A stretch of DNA of 64,000 nt from Anaerolineae bacterium (GTDB taxonomy: Bacteria > Chloroflexota > Anaerolineae > Epilineales > JAHCIE01). The stretch is taken from NCBI GenBank assembly GCA_039810085.1, contig JBDHWG010000009.1, positions 12,609-76,608 of the forward strand, in the 5' to 3' direction. Positions 35,729 to 46,044 of this stretch are shown piece after piece; within the stretch, counting starts at the first letter, position 1; each line of letters opens with the position of its first letter. The notes beneath the pieces were generated by a model. That model ran no database searches. It saw nothing but the letters and a program-made list of their open reading frames with translations, and had not been told where the DNA came from. The position numbers were made by a program, and so were the translations under genes.

Positions 35729-36644
35729 GTTGCCACTCCACCTGGGCGCGCAGCCCGGTTTCGATGTCGACCATTGGCTGCCAGCCCAAGACTCGCTGCG
35801 CTTTTGAGGTATCGGCGAGGGCGTGACGCTGTCCGCCCGGGCGCGGCGGACCGGGAATACGCGCCAGCTTTCGGCCGACAATCTCTTCGACCAGGGCAAT
35901 CGTTCGGTTCCAGCTAATGTTGCTCCCGCCACCGATGTTGAATGCCTCGCGCGTCGGGCCATGAGCCAGGGCCAGCAGATTGGCAGCGACGGCATCCGAG
36001 ATGTACGTATTACCCCGCGTCTGCTCCCCGTCGCCGAAGATCGTCATCGGCTTGCCGTTCATCACAGCGTCGATCAGGATATAGATTCCCATGTCGGGGC
36101 GCTGGCGCGGCCCGTACACCGAGAAGTAGCGCAGCATCGTGAACGGGACGCCGAACGTCTCGCCGTAGCTGCGCACAAGGTTCTCAGCGGCGAGCTTGGT
36201 GACGCCGTAGGGCGACACCGGGTTGAGGGGCCGAGTCTCGTCGCCCGTTGCCTCGCGCCCGTACACTGAGGACGTCGAGGCGTGGACGAAGTGTTTCACC
36301 CCAGCCCCTTTCGCCGCCTCCAGCAGGCGCTGCGTCGCCAACAGGTTACACGTCATGTACGACCCGAACTCGGTCCAGCTCCGCAGCAGGCCCGCCATCG
36401 CCGCTTCGTGGAAGATGACGTCTACGCCATCCACCATCGGCGCAAGGTCCGCCGAGCGCAGGTCGGCCTCGTAGAACGTGAAGCCGGGCGACTCGCGCAG
36501 ACACGCCAGGTTCGCCTCTTTGACCGGCCGCGGGTAGTAGTCGGTGAAACAGTCTACCCCGACGACGCTGTGGCCCTGGGCGACCAGCGCCTCCGCCAAA
36601 TGGCTGCCGATGAAACCCGCCGCGCCTGTGACAAGACACCGCAT
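35721..36644 (-). CDS. NAD-dependent epimerase/dehydratase (SDR; UDP-sugar 4-epimerase/UDP-glucuronate decarboxylase-like)
   Basis: [11 protein letters not shown] Rossmann motif; catalytic YGVTKLAAE. Confidence 0.85.
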   Translation of the reverse strand: MRCLVTGAAGFIGSHLAEALVAQGHSVVGVDCFTDYYPRPVKEANLACLRESPGFTFYEADLRSADLAPMVDGVDVIFHEAAMAGLLRSWTEFGSYMTCNLLATQRLLEAAKGAGVKHFVHASTSSVYGREATGDETRPLNPVSPYGVTKLAAENLVRSYGETFGVPFTMLRYFSVYGPRQRPDMGIYILIDAVMNGKPMTIFGDGEQTRGNTYISDAVAANLLALAHGPTREAFNIGGGSNISWNRTIALVEEIVGRKLARIPGPPRPGGQRHALADTSKAQRVLGWQPMVDIETGLRAQVEWQRG

Positions 36645-36645
36645 G

Positions 36646-37638
36646 CTAGGCCCGCTTCGTGGAGGCCGTCTCGGCCGGCGCTGTGTCCTCGCGCGCGCCG
36701 CGAATGCCAGCCATCAAGTACAAAACACCGCCGACCGCGCCGGTCAAGAGGTTCACAGCGTAGAACGCCAACGACAGGGCGAGCGCCTGGTCCGACGGGA
36801 CGCCGACGCTGGTGAACAGGATGACGTACGCCGTCTCTCGCGCGCCCAGGCCACCCCACGAAATGGGCAGCGACAACACGAAAGACACGATGGGCACGAA
36901 CAGGAGGTAGTACACGAAGGGCAGGCTGATGTGCAGCGCCAGCCCCAGGCAGTAGTTGACGGCCACGAGCTGGAGGTTGAATAGGAACGACACCGCCAGG
37001 GCGCGATACAGGGCCGACCCGCGGTACGAGTTGAACGACTCGGCGAAGCGGTGGATGCCAGGCTTGTCCATCCAGTGCCCCAGGCCCGGCACAACCCTGA
37101 GCCAGCGCCGCAGGTAGTCCGCTCCCAATAGGCCAACCGTGCCGATGAGTGTGCCAACTGAGATGACGATAATTGCCAGGGCCACCGACGGCTGGATGAT
37201 GCCCGGCCAGACCGCCCAGGCGACAATGAGCGTGATGAGCGCCTGGGCCATGAGCGTTACGAGGCCGGTGGCGCGGTCCATCAGCACCGAGCTTGTGGCA
37301 TTCGCCGCGCCGCGCCCGTCCTTGCTCAGCTCGTAGATGCGCACCACGTCGCCGCCGACACCTGACGGCAGCATGACGTTGAAGAACATGCCGACAAAGT
37401 AGAGGTTGGTCAGCAGCCCAAGGCTGACGTGGAGATCGAGGGCGCGCAGGAGACCCTGCCAGCGCCATGCCCGCAGCCAGACGCCCAGGAAGTACAGCGC
37501 CACACCCAGGGCAAACCAGAGCGGGTCCATGTGGAGCAGGCGGTCAACCGTCTGCTGCGCGCCGACGCGCCAAAGCAGGAGGGCGAGCAGACCCAGGCTA
37601 ACGACAATTTTCGCCCAGTCAATCAGGCGTTTGCGCAT
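36646..37638 (-). CDS. Flippase-like membrane protein (lysyl-PG synthase TM-region / UPF0104 family)
   Basis: 330 aa, 8+ TM helices; family frequently partners GT2 polyprenyl-P-sugar synthases. Confidence 0.65.
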   Translation of the reverse strand: MRKRLIDWAKIVVSLGLLALLLWRVGAQQTVDRLLHMDPLWFALGVALYFLGVWLRAWRWQGLLRALDLHVSLGLLTNLYFVGMFFNVMLPSGVGGDVVRIYELSKDGRGAANATSSVLMDRATGLVTLMAQALITLIVAWAVWPGIIQPSVALAIIVISVGTLIGTVGLLGADYLRRWLRVVPGLGHWMDKPGIHRFAESFNSYRGSALYRALAVSFLFNLQLVAVNYCLGLALHISLPFVYYLLFVPIVSFVLSLPISWGGLGARETAYVILFTSVGVPSDQALALSLAFYAVNLLTGAVGGVLYLMAGIRGAREDTAPAETASTKRA

Positions 37639-37768
37639 GAAGAATACTCACGGTAGACCATGAAAACGCCCGCTCGGCCGTCGCCTGGCGGGCCTGACGG
37701 TATGCGGCGGGCATAAGCAAGCCGTAATTATACTCCGCTACGTCTCGTTCGCAAAGTTACACGCGGAA

Positions 37769-37826
37769 TCCCCCTCATCCCCCGACCCCTTCTCCCACTG
37801 GGGAGCAGGGGAGTCGGAGTGGGGAA
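37769..37826. terminator. Nested G/C-rich hairpin overlapping the stop codon of GT-C paralog 4
   Basis: CCCCTCATCCCC...CCCCTTCTCCCA-CTG-GGGAGCAGGGG...GGGGTGAGGG; no T-tract, so terminator function is uncertain. Confidence 0.3.
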
Positions 37827-39878
37827 CTAGGGGTGAGGGACCGGCGTCGCCAACTGCACGTAATCGCCTTCGACGCGCTGCCCGTCCACTGTGACCGGCA
37901 GCCGCGCGCCGCTCGCCAGGTCATACATGCCTACCTGGAGCCATAGCTCGCTCGGCGCGTCAGGCGGGAGGGTGATGGAGCGTTCGTCGACGATAATCTG
38001 CCCTGGGTCCCAGGTCGAGGCTGGCGAGACGCCATGCTCGGGCTGGCCGTCGCTCTGCCCGTAGCCCTTGCCACTCGCATCCACCAGGTGCGCGAACACC
38101 GTGTAGTCGATGTCTTGCCCCGCAATGGCGCGCGAGTAGAGCGTGAGGTTAACCTTCTTGCCGTCGGTCGCCAGGGCATAGCCGAGCAGGTCGGCGGCAT
38201 CGCCGAGACGGGCACTCTGCGGGTGCTGAATCTCGGCCGGGTCGAAGCGGCGATAGAGAACGCGGTCCTTCTCGCGCATCGCCGGCACGTAGCGCGCCTT
38301 GATCCAGGCCATGTAACCGTCGAGGCGGTCCAGCCGTCCGTTCCAGAGGACGATGGCGGGCGGATTATACTTAGCCACCGTTGCGATGGCTTCCTCGTTG
38401 GTGAGCTGCCCGGTCTCGATGCGCTTGGAACTTTGCGCCGCAAGCCACGGAATCTGCGTGCGACCGGCGCGAAAAGCAATCATGGGCGGGTCGGCGACGA
38501 TGATGTCCGTCGGCGTCGTGTGCGTCTTGACCCAGTCGGCCGCCGCCAGGAGCGAGCGGTACGGGCCAGGGTCAATCAGATCGCCCAGGTCGGACGCCTG
38601 CCCCGGCGCACGCACCGCGATGAGCGCCAGGGCCGCCAGGGTAACGGCGACCGACACCGCGCCCGATTGACGCGGCGCACGCAGGCTGTCCCATACCCCG
38701 GCGACACCGACAGCGGCCAGAGCGACCAGGGGAAAAAGGAACAGCATGAAGTGATGCTTGGCGAACAGCGGGCGCTGATTGACCAGGACAAGCGCCGTGA
38801 GCGCCAGCCAGCCGAGCATGACCAGGCCGGCATAGCTCCGCCGCCGCAAGAGCGTCCACGCGCCGACAACCGCGAGCGCCGTCACGCCCAGGTTCTCGAC
38901 GGTCATGTACTCCAGAAGCCACTGGGCATACTCCGGCGTCCGGTTAGGCCAAACGTCTCGCGCGGCGAGAGGTGTTGCAAGCGCCTGCGCCATGAAGCCG
39001 CGTACATCGAAAAACAGGAGAAAGGGCGCCCCCACGAGAAGTAGGCCGACGGCCAGGGCAGCCATGCCGCGCCCCGCCTCGCGTACGCGGTTCGGCGCGC
39101 GCCAGACGCCGGGTAGGGCAAAGGCGGCGAGCGGCGCGCTGTAGAGCGCGGCGGTCAGCTTGAGCCACAGCCCCCCGCTGAGGAACACACCCGCCAGGAA
39201 CAGCCAACGCGCCCGTCCCGTATGACCATAGATCAATGCCAGAGCTACCGCCAGCGTTGCCAGACTGACAGAGGGAATGTCGTGGCTGACGGAGCGCGCC
39301 AGCCAGAAGAAATTGGGCGCGAGCGCCATAAGCAGAGGCGCGGCGACAGCGGCGATACCCGGGTTGAGCAGACCTGACAGGTTTTGAAAACCTGTCAGGT
39401 ATGTGCCGGTAATGCGATCCCGCCGCGCCGAGACGCAGATGCCGGCGGCGAGACTCGCGACGGCGGCCAGGCCGAGCAGCCCATACAGAAGAACGACGAG
39501 CCGCCCGCTCTCGACACTCTCACCGAAGACGCGGAAGCCAGCCAACAGCGACAGGGGAACGCCCGGCGGCTGGTCCAGCCAGATGTCGCTGTACAGCCGA
39601 TACCCCTGTCCCATGAGCTGCGCCTGCACAAGCTGGATGCCCTCGTCCGCGTCCCACTGCGTCGCCGACAGCCAGCGCGAGTAGACAAGCCCGACGACGA
39701 CAACCACAAGCGCAACGCCAATTACCGCCACTACCGTCGCCAGCCCCCATTGTACAAGTGGCTTATTGAATTCTTTCGTCTGGACCTCGGTAGCCAGCTT
39801 CTCTCTCCCTACCCCGCCGTTTTTCCTCTGTGTCCTCTGTGACATCTCTCCGTTCACAACGGCTTCAATGGTACGCAA
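37827..39878 (-). CDS. GT-C fold membrane glycosyltransferase (PMT_2/ArnT-like, paralog 4) with one C-terminal beta-domain
   Basis: 683 aa; WDADEGIQL motif after TM1; C-term NLTLYSRAIAGQDIDYTVFAHLVDASG...WLQVGMYDLASGARLP. Confidence 0.75.
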   Translation of the reverse strand: MRTIEAVVNGEMSQRTQRKNGGVGREKLATEVQTKEFNKPLVQWGLATVVAVIGVALVVVVVGLVYSRWLSATQWDADEGIQLVQAQLMGQGYRLYSDIWLDQPPGVPLSLLAGFRVFGESVESGRLVVLLYGLLGLAAVASLAAGICVSARRDRITGTYLTGFQNLSGLLNPGIAAVAAPLLMALAPNFFWLARSVSHDIPSVSLATLAVALALIYGHTGRARWLFLAGVFLSGGLWLKLTAALYSAPLAAFALPGVWRAPNRVREAGRGMAALAVGLLLVGAPFLLFFDVRGFMAQALATPLAARDVWPNRTPEYAQWLLEYMTVENLGVTALAVVGAWTLLRRRSYAGLVMLGWLALTALVLVNQRPLFAKHHFMLFLFPLVALAAVGVAGVWDSLRAPRQSGAVSVAVTLAALALIAVRAPGQASDLGDLIDPGPYRSLLAAADWVKTHTTPTDIIVADPPMIAFRAGRTQIPWLAAQSSKRIETGQLTNEEAIATVAKYNPPAIVLWNGRLDRLDGYMAWIKARYVPAMREKDRVLYRRFDPAEIQHPQSARLGDAADLLGYALATDGKKVNLTLYSRAIAGQDIDYTVFAHLVDASGKGYGQSDGQPEHGVSPASTWDPGQIIVDERSITLPPDAPSELWLQVGMYDLASGARLPVTVDGQRVEGDYVQLATPVPHP
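39372..39400. repeat. Perfect 29-bp palindrome ACCTGACAGGTTTT-G-AAAACCTGTCAGGT embedded in-frame in GT-C paralog 4 (encodes TGFQNLSGL)
   Basis: 14-bp arms read directly; same core as 28667-28703. Confidence 0.5.
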
Positions 39879-40018
39879 GATGTTCCGAAATCGCCAATTA
39901 GGGCAGGATTTTGACTTCGCGCCACGAGAACTCTACAATAGCCTGTCTTTTCCGCGAGCCACGCCTATGCAACCCGTTCAGCCCAGTTACACGCACACCC
40001 CGCGCCGGCAGCCCCAAT

Positions 40019-42820
40019 ATGCCGGATAATACCCTCGACCGCCTCAGCAAGCGCCTGGACGCGCACCCCCGCTGGCGCGACGTCGCCCTGGTTGCGCTGC
40101 TATGGCTCGTCGCTGCGACGTTCCTCGGCCCGGCGCTCCTGCCGGACAAGGCGCTCGTCCCCTTCGACCTGCTGACGATTACAAAGCCGTGGACGAATGT
40201 GGGCCTGCCGCCGGCGCACAACATATTGCCATCGGACGTCCTGTTCGAGAACTATCCCAACCGGGTCTTCTTCGATGAGAGCCTGCGCCAGGGGCAGCTG
40301 CCGCTGTGGGACCCCAACGCCCTCGCCGGACGCTCCCTCATGGGTGACCCCAACGCCCAGCCGTTCTACCCACTGAACTATCTGCTGTTCTGGCTGCCCG
40401 CAGCGCGGGGCATGACCCTCGCCGTGTTCATCAACCTGGGCCTGGCCGGCAGCCTGATGTTCGCTTTCCTGCGTGTGTCTGGCCTGGGCGGCCTGGCCGC
40501 CTTCCTGGGCGCGGTCACGTACATGCTCAACGGCGCGCTCGTCGTCTGGCTGGAGTACCCGCCCTTCTCTGCGACGAGCGCCTGGATACCCGGCGCGCTC
40601 CTGGGCTACGCGATAGCCGTGCGGCGGCAGCGCTGGCTCTACGCGGGCCTGGGCGGTCTGGCGCTGGGTCTTGCCTTCCTCGGCGGCCAGATCGAATACC
40701 CGGTGCTGCTCGGCCTCATCATCGGCGCGTATGGCATCCTGCTCGCGGCGACGGCCCGCCGCTGGCAGCCCTTCGGCATGGCCGTGCTCCTGGGCATCGT
40801 GGGCATTGCCACCGCAGCGGTGCAAATTCTCCCCGCCTGGGAAGCCATCCGCCTCAGCGAGCGCGTCCTCAACGACTACGCGGGCCTATTGGCAACGCGC
40901 GTGCCCCTCTCCAGCCTCGTCCTGCTCCTTGCGCCGGACTTCTTCGGCAACCAGGTCACAAGCCATTACTGGGGCGCGAGCAACTACAACGAGCAGACGG
41001 CCTACTTCGCCGTTGCGCCACTACTCCTGGCCGTCGCCGCGCCCTTCCTGCGCCGCAACCTCACCACGCTGTTCTGGGCGGCCATCGCCGTCCTTACGAC
41101 GCTGTGGGTGACCGGGACACCCCTGCTGCGCCTGGCCGAGCTAGTGCCGGGCCTGGGTTACTTTGGCCTCTCACGCCTGGTCTTCCTCTATCCCCTTGCC
41201 GGCGCGATCCTCGCCGCCAATGCGCTGGATGCCCTGATGAAGCCCCAGCCGCGCGGCAGGGTAATGCACGTGCTGGCCTTCGCCGCCGTCGCGCTGGCCC
41301 TCGCCTACGCTGCCAGTCTCGCCTACCATGCCAGGGACCTCCAGGCGCAGTGGCCTCTGCCCGTGCGCTCCTACGTCGGCCCGCTGGTCTGGCTCGGCCT
41401 TGTCACGGCAGCCGCGCTGCTGGCGGTTCGCTTCCCTCGCGCCATTGTCCTCGTCGTCGCCCTTACGGTCGTGGATCTGTTTGTATTCGGCGCGGGCTAC
41501 AACACGGTCTCAGACACCGCCTGGGCTTACCCGACCACAGATCTCATTACACATCTACGCGCCGACCGCGAGAAAGAAGTCTTCCGCATCGCCACGCTCC
41601 AGGCCGAACAGCTTGTCTTCGGCCCCAACATCCCGAATGCCCTGGGCCTTGCCGAGCTAGGCGGCTACACGTCGATCCCGCCGGCGCGCACGCGGCGGCT
41701 CTGGAGCCAGGCCGAAAACTTCGTGCCAATCCCGTGGATCAACGACAACACGCTGATCCTGCAATTCGGGCAGGTGCGCGAGCGCCTCATGGGCATGCTC
41801 AACGTGAAGTACTTCGTCGTCCCCGGCGACCCCAGTCTGCCTGAGTTCAAACTCACTGACCGCTGCGACGGCGACACGGGCGAAATCTACGGGGCACGGC
41901 GCGTCGGCCAGACGTTCACCCCGGTTCAGAACGGCCTGCACCGCATCGACGTGCGCTTCCAAACCTATGGCCGCCCCAACATAGGCAAGATCGGCCTGCA
42001 CCTTACCAACGGCCCGACGAGTGACAACCACCTGGCCTATATGCAGGTGGATGCAGCCACGATCAAGGACAACGCGCCGGTCACTCTCTTCTTCGACAAG
42101 ATCCCCGACTCGGAGAACCGGCCGTTCTACTTTTATGTCGATGCGCCCAACAGCGCGCCTGGCTCGGCCGTTGGAGTGTGCCTGGCGAACACGGGCATCC
42201 CGCGCAAGGGCCAGCGGTTCGACAACGGCCAGCCTGTCAGTGGCGCTAGTAGCCTGGCGCTCGGCGTGTACAGCCTGCCGACGCCGCTCCTCAAGCGCCG
42301 TGGCACGTGGGACGACGTGCGCGTCTACCACAACCCGGCCTATCTACCTCGCGCTTATGTCGTCTACCACGTCCAGGGCGTCGAGAGCGACGGCGAAGCG
42401 CGCGAAACGGTTCTCAATCCAGCGTTCGACCCCGGCACCAGCGCCGTCGTGGAAGCCCCGCTGCCCCCCGACATCGCCGCCCTGACCCAGAATGCGGCCA
42501 CCCCCTACAGCGAAGTTGAGGACATCGAGCACACGGCGCAGCGCGTGACCCTCGACGTCGAGACGCAACAGCCGGGGTTGCTCGTCCTCTCCGACCAATA
42601 CTGGCCCGGCTGGGAGGCGACGGTGGACAATCAGCCGACCGCCATCGTCCACGCCAACTATGTTGTGCGCGGCGTTTACCTACCCGCCGGCAAGCACCAG
42701 GTTGTGTTCGCGTTCCGCCCCCTCTCGTTCTATCTGGGCCTGGCGATAAGCCTGGCGACCGTTGCCTTCGTCGCAGCACTCGGATTGTGGGAAAGACAAC
42801 GCCGTCGAGCGTCACTGTAG
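40019..42820 (+). CDS. YfhO-family membrane glycosyltransferase-like protein
   Basis: 934 aa from ATG 40019; DPNAQPFYPLNYLLFWLP motif and multi-TM N-half typical of YfhO; large extracytoplasmic C-terminal domain. Confidence 0.7.
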   Translation: MPDNTLDRLSKRLDAHPRWRDVALVALLWLVAATFLGPALLPDKALVPFDLLTITKPWTNVGLPPAHNILPSDVLFENYPNRVFFDESLRQGQLPLWDPNALAGRSLMGDPNAQPFYPLNYLLFWLPAARGMTLAVFINLGLAGSLMFAFLRVSGLGGLAAFLGAVTYMLNGALVVWLEYPPFSATSAWIPGALLGYAIAVRRQRWLYAGLGGLALGLAFLGGQIEYPVLLGLIIGAYGILLAATARRWQPFGMAVLLGIVGIATAAVQILPAWEAIRLSERVLNDYAGLLATRVPLSSLVLLLAPDFFGNQVTSHYWGASNYNEQTAYFAVAPLLLAVAAPFLRRNLTTLFWAAIAVLTTLWVTGTPLLRLAELVPGLGYFGLSRLVFLYPLAGAILAANALDALMKPQPRGRVMHVLAFAAVALALAYAASLAYHARDLQAQWPLPVRSYVGPLVWLGLVTAAALLAVRFPRAIVLVVALTVVDLFVFGAGYNTVSDTAWAYPTTDLITHLRADREKEVFRIATLQAEQLVFGPNIPNALGLAELGGYTSIPPARTRRLWSQAENFVPIPWINDNTLILQFGQVRERLMGMLNVKYFVVPGDPSLPEFKLTDRCDGDTGEIYGARRVGQTFTPVQNGLHRIDVRFQTYGRPNIGKIGLHLTNGPTSDNHLAYMQVDAATIKDNAPVTLFFDKIPDSENRPFYFYVDAPNSAPGSAVGVCLANTGIPRKGQRFDNGQPVSGASSLALGVYSLPTPLLKRRGTWDDVRVYHNPAYLPRAYVVYHVQGVESDGEARETVLNPAFDPGTSAVVEAPLPPDIAALTQNAATPYSEVEDIEHTAQRVTLDVETQQPGLLVLSDQYWPGWEATVDNQPTAIVHANYVVRGVYLPAGKHQVVFAFRPLSFYLGLAISLATVAFVAALGLWERQRRRASL

Positions 42821-42858
42821 TGTCCCACTCAGCCAGCTCCGCGCCCAAGAACACTCTG

Positions 42859-44863
42859 TCATTTTAGTAGCATCTCCGGTGTCACCTGGACTTTGCCCAG
42901 CGACACGCTCTCGCCCAACGGTCTGCCATCCGGCCCACTCACCGCCAGGTTGTGCTGCTCGCGCGCGTCCCACATGCGCACCTGCACGTCATACCCGCCA
43001 GGCGCCAGGTCTTTCGGGAGGTCGAGGACGGTCACACCGCGCACGGGCACACCGACGGGAAAGGCGGCGGTCGCCAGCCAGGCCGTGCTCGGCGCCTGGT
43101 TGTGTGTCGCCACAACGCGGCCCGAGGCATCCACCAGGTTGACGGTAACGGTGTAGTCTCGGTCGAGCGTCTGCTCAGCCCGCCAGTAGAAGATCCAGCG
43201 CAGCGCGCCCGGCTCGTCGCCGAACGGATCGACGCCGGTGAGCGTGAGCCGGTCGGCGTATGTCGCGCCCACTGGCTGCTGCGGCGTCGGGATGGCGACG
43301 ACGGGCGACCAGTCCTTGATGTTGAAGCGCATCAGGGTGTAGCCCGGTATCTGGGTGCGGATGAACGGCTCCCCCTCGCTGCGCCGGGACAGCTCAGCCA
43401 GCACCATCCCCGTGGGATCGGCAAACTCGTGGTGCCACAGGATGACCCAGACGCGCCCGGGGTGACGCGCCAGGAGATCGTTCAGCACACGCGCGCCGTT
43501 CTCGAAGTCGTAGCCAACGTGGATGCCCCACTGGGGCGTCGTGCCCTTGTAGTAATAGTTGAAGGCATACGGCGCATCTTCGACCAGCACGATGGCGTCA
43601 TCGTCGGCGCGGGCGCGGTCCATGAGGTACTGCGCCATCCGACGCGCGTCCTCCTGCGGCGACCACGAGGTTTGCGCAGCGCGCACGGCCTCGCGTCCTG
43701 AGAAGGCGAGCGCTGCGACGAGAATGACAACGTAGGCCAGGCGAAAGACCTGCTGACGCCGCCACAGGGCCTCGAACGCGAGCATCACCAGCGCCACGTA
43801 GAGCGCCGGCGCAGCGACGATGGCATAGCGCGCCGCGAACTTGGGCGCAAGCGTTACGGCCACCCCTGTGAGAGCAATCGGAATCGCCGCCGCGAGGACG
43901 ACCAACAGCTCACGCCGCGCCAGGCTCTTGTCTCGCAGCCAGCGTCGAATCAGGAACAGCGCCGCGCCCACGACCGCGAGCCCCAGCAAGAGCAGCGCCA
44001 GACGTGTCGAACCGATGGCGAGGAAGCTGCCCAGGATGCGGCCAATGACGCCTAGCGGATCCAACTCCGCCGGGAAGAAGTCGGGGTGGGCGGCCAGCCG
44101 CGCCATCTGGGCTGCCGTAGGCGCAAGCCACGGGAGATAGGCGATGAACGCCAGGGATGCAGCCGCCAGCCAGCGCAGGAACACACGGCGTCCGGCTAGC
44201 GCCGCATAGATGAACAGGGCGGGCAGCAGAAGCGCGGTGAGGTAGAGCGTGTACAGCATCCCGGCCAGCGCCGCGCCATGCAACGCCCACGGCCACACGT
44301 CTATCCAGTTTCTGATACCCCTCTGCTCCCCCTCTCCCTTTGTGGGAGAGGGGGGTGGGGGGGGGGGTACTCCGCGTCGCCCGCAGCAGGGTTGCCACGG
44401 CTAGTAGACCCCACATCGCAGCCAGGCTGTACATGCGCGCTTCCTGCGACGTGTAGATGAGGAACGGCGATAGGGCGACCAGGAGCGCGGCGGGAACGGC
44501 CGCGAACAGCGCTGCGATGCTCGAGCGCGTGCGGCCCGCGTAGACTTCGGCCAGGGTGACGTAGGCGAGGGGAATCAGCAGAACGCCGGGCGCGAGGCTG
44601 ACCCAGCGCACGGCAAACTCGCTCTGGCCCGCGACAAGCATCCAGGCATGGAGGAGCAGATAGTACAGCGGGGGGTGCAGGTCCTCCCGCACCAGGGTGG
44701 TCATCATGGCGGGCAAGGGGCGGCCCGCGAAATTGACGCTCAACCCCTCGTCAAACCACAGGCTCGCATCGCCCAGGGACCAGACCCTAGCAGTGAAGGC
44801 GACAAGTGTCACCCCCAGCATCGCCAAGGATGCCCAGCGCAACGGGCCAAACGATTTCGTCAT
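42859..44863 (-). pseudogene. GT-C fold glycosyltransferase (paralog 5) interrupted by a single frameshift at a G11/C11 homopolymer; N-part 44368-44863, C-part 42859-44367
   Basis: ORF 43910-44863 has WFDEGLSVNFA GT-C N-terminus then loses frame at TPPPTPLS (poly-C); ORF 42859-44298 continues the TM-rich body in another frame. Confidence 0.6.
44350..44367. repeat. Homopolymeric tract G6-T-G11
   Basis: Read directly: GGGGGGTGGGGGGGGGGG; coincides with the frame switch between ORFs 43910-44863 and 42859-44298. Confidence 0.6.
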
Positions 44864-46044
44864 GTCACGCTCAGAACTTCTCGATACAGCGCCATGTGCT
44901 GCCGCGCGATATTCTCCCAGCGAAATTGCGCCGCGAGTTTCCGCGCGCCTTCACCCAGGCGAGCACGGCGCGCTGGATCCGCCAGCAGCGCTGCAATGGT
45001 GTCCGCCAGCGCCGCCGCATCCTCAGCTAGCGCGAGAGCCGCATCCACACCATCGGTCAGGCCAGGGAGCGGTCCAGGCGTCGGGTTCGTCGGGCGCGTC
45101 GCAATGATGGGCAGGCCGTGGGCCAGCGCCGCCATGAGTGTGCCGCGCTGGAGCGACACACCACCGCGATACGGTAGCACCGCGATATCGGCGGCCGTGA
45201 GCGCCGCTGAGACCTCGGCCTCCGGCAGAAAGTCGGTCCAGAGCATGGCGTCACCGACACTCAGATGGTCGGCCTGGGCGCGAACCTGCGCCAGAAAGGC
45301 GCGATTCGTCGGGTCGCTTGCCCCTACCTGGCCGCCCAGCATCAGCAGGCGTGCCGGCGTTCCCGCCGCGCGCAGCCGCGCCAGCGCATCCACCAGGATG
45401 TCGGCGCCCTTCGCGCGATTCACAAAACCGAAGTATACCAGGAGGGGAACGGCTGGGCTAATTCCGAGGCGTCCTCTGAACGCGACGCCGTCGGCTGGTG
45501 TGGCCGTCGGCGTGATGTTCGAGCCGATGGGGATGACGGCAAGGCGGCGGGCCACCGGGCGCAGCACGGCGGCATCCTCATTGTTGGTGGCGATGGTGAT
45601 GTCCGACCAGCGCGCCAGGGCGAGGGTCACCCAGTTGCGCACAGGGCCGGCTTTCGGGAACAGGTAGGGAATTCGCGTGTCGTGGTACGTGGTGACGACG
45701 GGGATGCGCTGGCGGCGCAGAAGCCAGGGCAGGGCGTTGGCGACCGGGTGCATCCCATATGCCGCCGTCTGGTACTGGATGTGGACGATGCCGGCCTTGG
45801 CCGCCGCGCCGCGCACCTGGGGCCACGCACGCCAGTTCCAGCGGCGTACAGTCCGAGAGACGGGCGGGTCGTGCGGGGCGTCAATCACAGTCTCCAACGA
45901 ACTGGAGCCGGACAGGGTCATCACTTGGCACGCCTGACCCGCCGCAATCAGCGCCCGCCCCAATTCACGCGTGTAGTCGCCCAGGCCGCCCTGGACCGGC
46001 GGGTACTCGCCCGCCACGAACAGCACCGTCGGTGGACGGATCAC
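44860..46044 (-). CDS. GT4 (GT1-like) family glycosyltransferase
   Basis: 394 aa from GTG 46044 (GTGA overlap with upstream GT2 stop); N-term VLFVAGEYPPVQGGLGDY; C-term EGLP-type motif region. Confidence 0.8.
   Translation of the reverse strand: MIRPPTVLFVAGEYPPVQGGLGDYTRELGRALIAAGQACQVMTLSGSSSLETVIDAPHDPPVSRTVRRWNWRAWPQVRGAAAKAGIVHIQYQTAAYGMHPVANALPWLLRRQRIPVVTTYHDTRIPYLFPKAGPVRNWVTLALARWSDITIATNNEDAAVLRPVARRLAVIPIGSNITPTATPADGVAFRGRLGISPAVPLLVYFGFVNRAKGADILVDALARLRAAGTPARLLMLGGQVGASDPTNRAFLAQVRAQADHLSVGDAMLWTDFLPEAEVSAALTAADIAVLPYRGGVSLQRGTLMAALAHGLPIIATRPTNPTPGPLPGLTDGVDAALALAEDAAALADTIAALLADPARRARLGEGARKLAAQFRWENIARQHMALYREVLSVT

Noticed and set aside
34736-35995. 419-aa version of the GT2 gene
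   Set aside because: The N-terminal 89 codons overlap the epimerase gene in another frame. GTG 35728 sits 2 nt after the epimerase stop with a GGTGGAG RBS and gives the canonical [11 protein letters not shown] start region.
26502-39044. Numerous long antisense/alternate-frame ORFs in the 25-47 kb region (e.g. 27082-28131, 30137-30916, 32266-32955, 36554-37468, 38034-39044)
   Set aside because: Arg/Ala/Pro-rich translations typical of stop-codon-poor alternate frames in about 70% GC DNA. All lie fully inside well-supported GT-C, epimerase or flippase genes.
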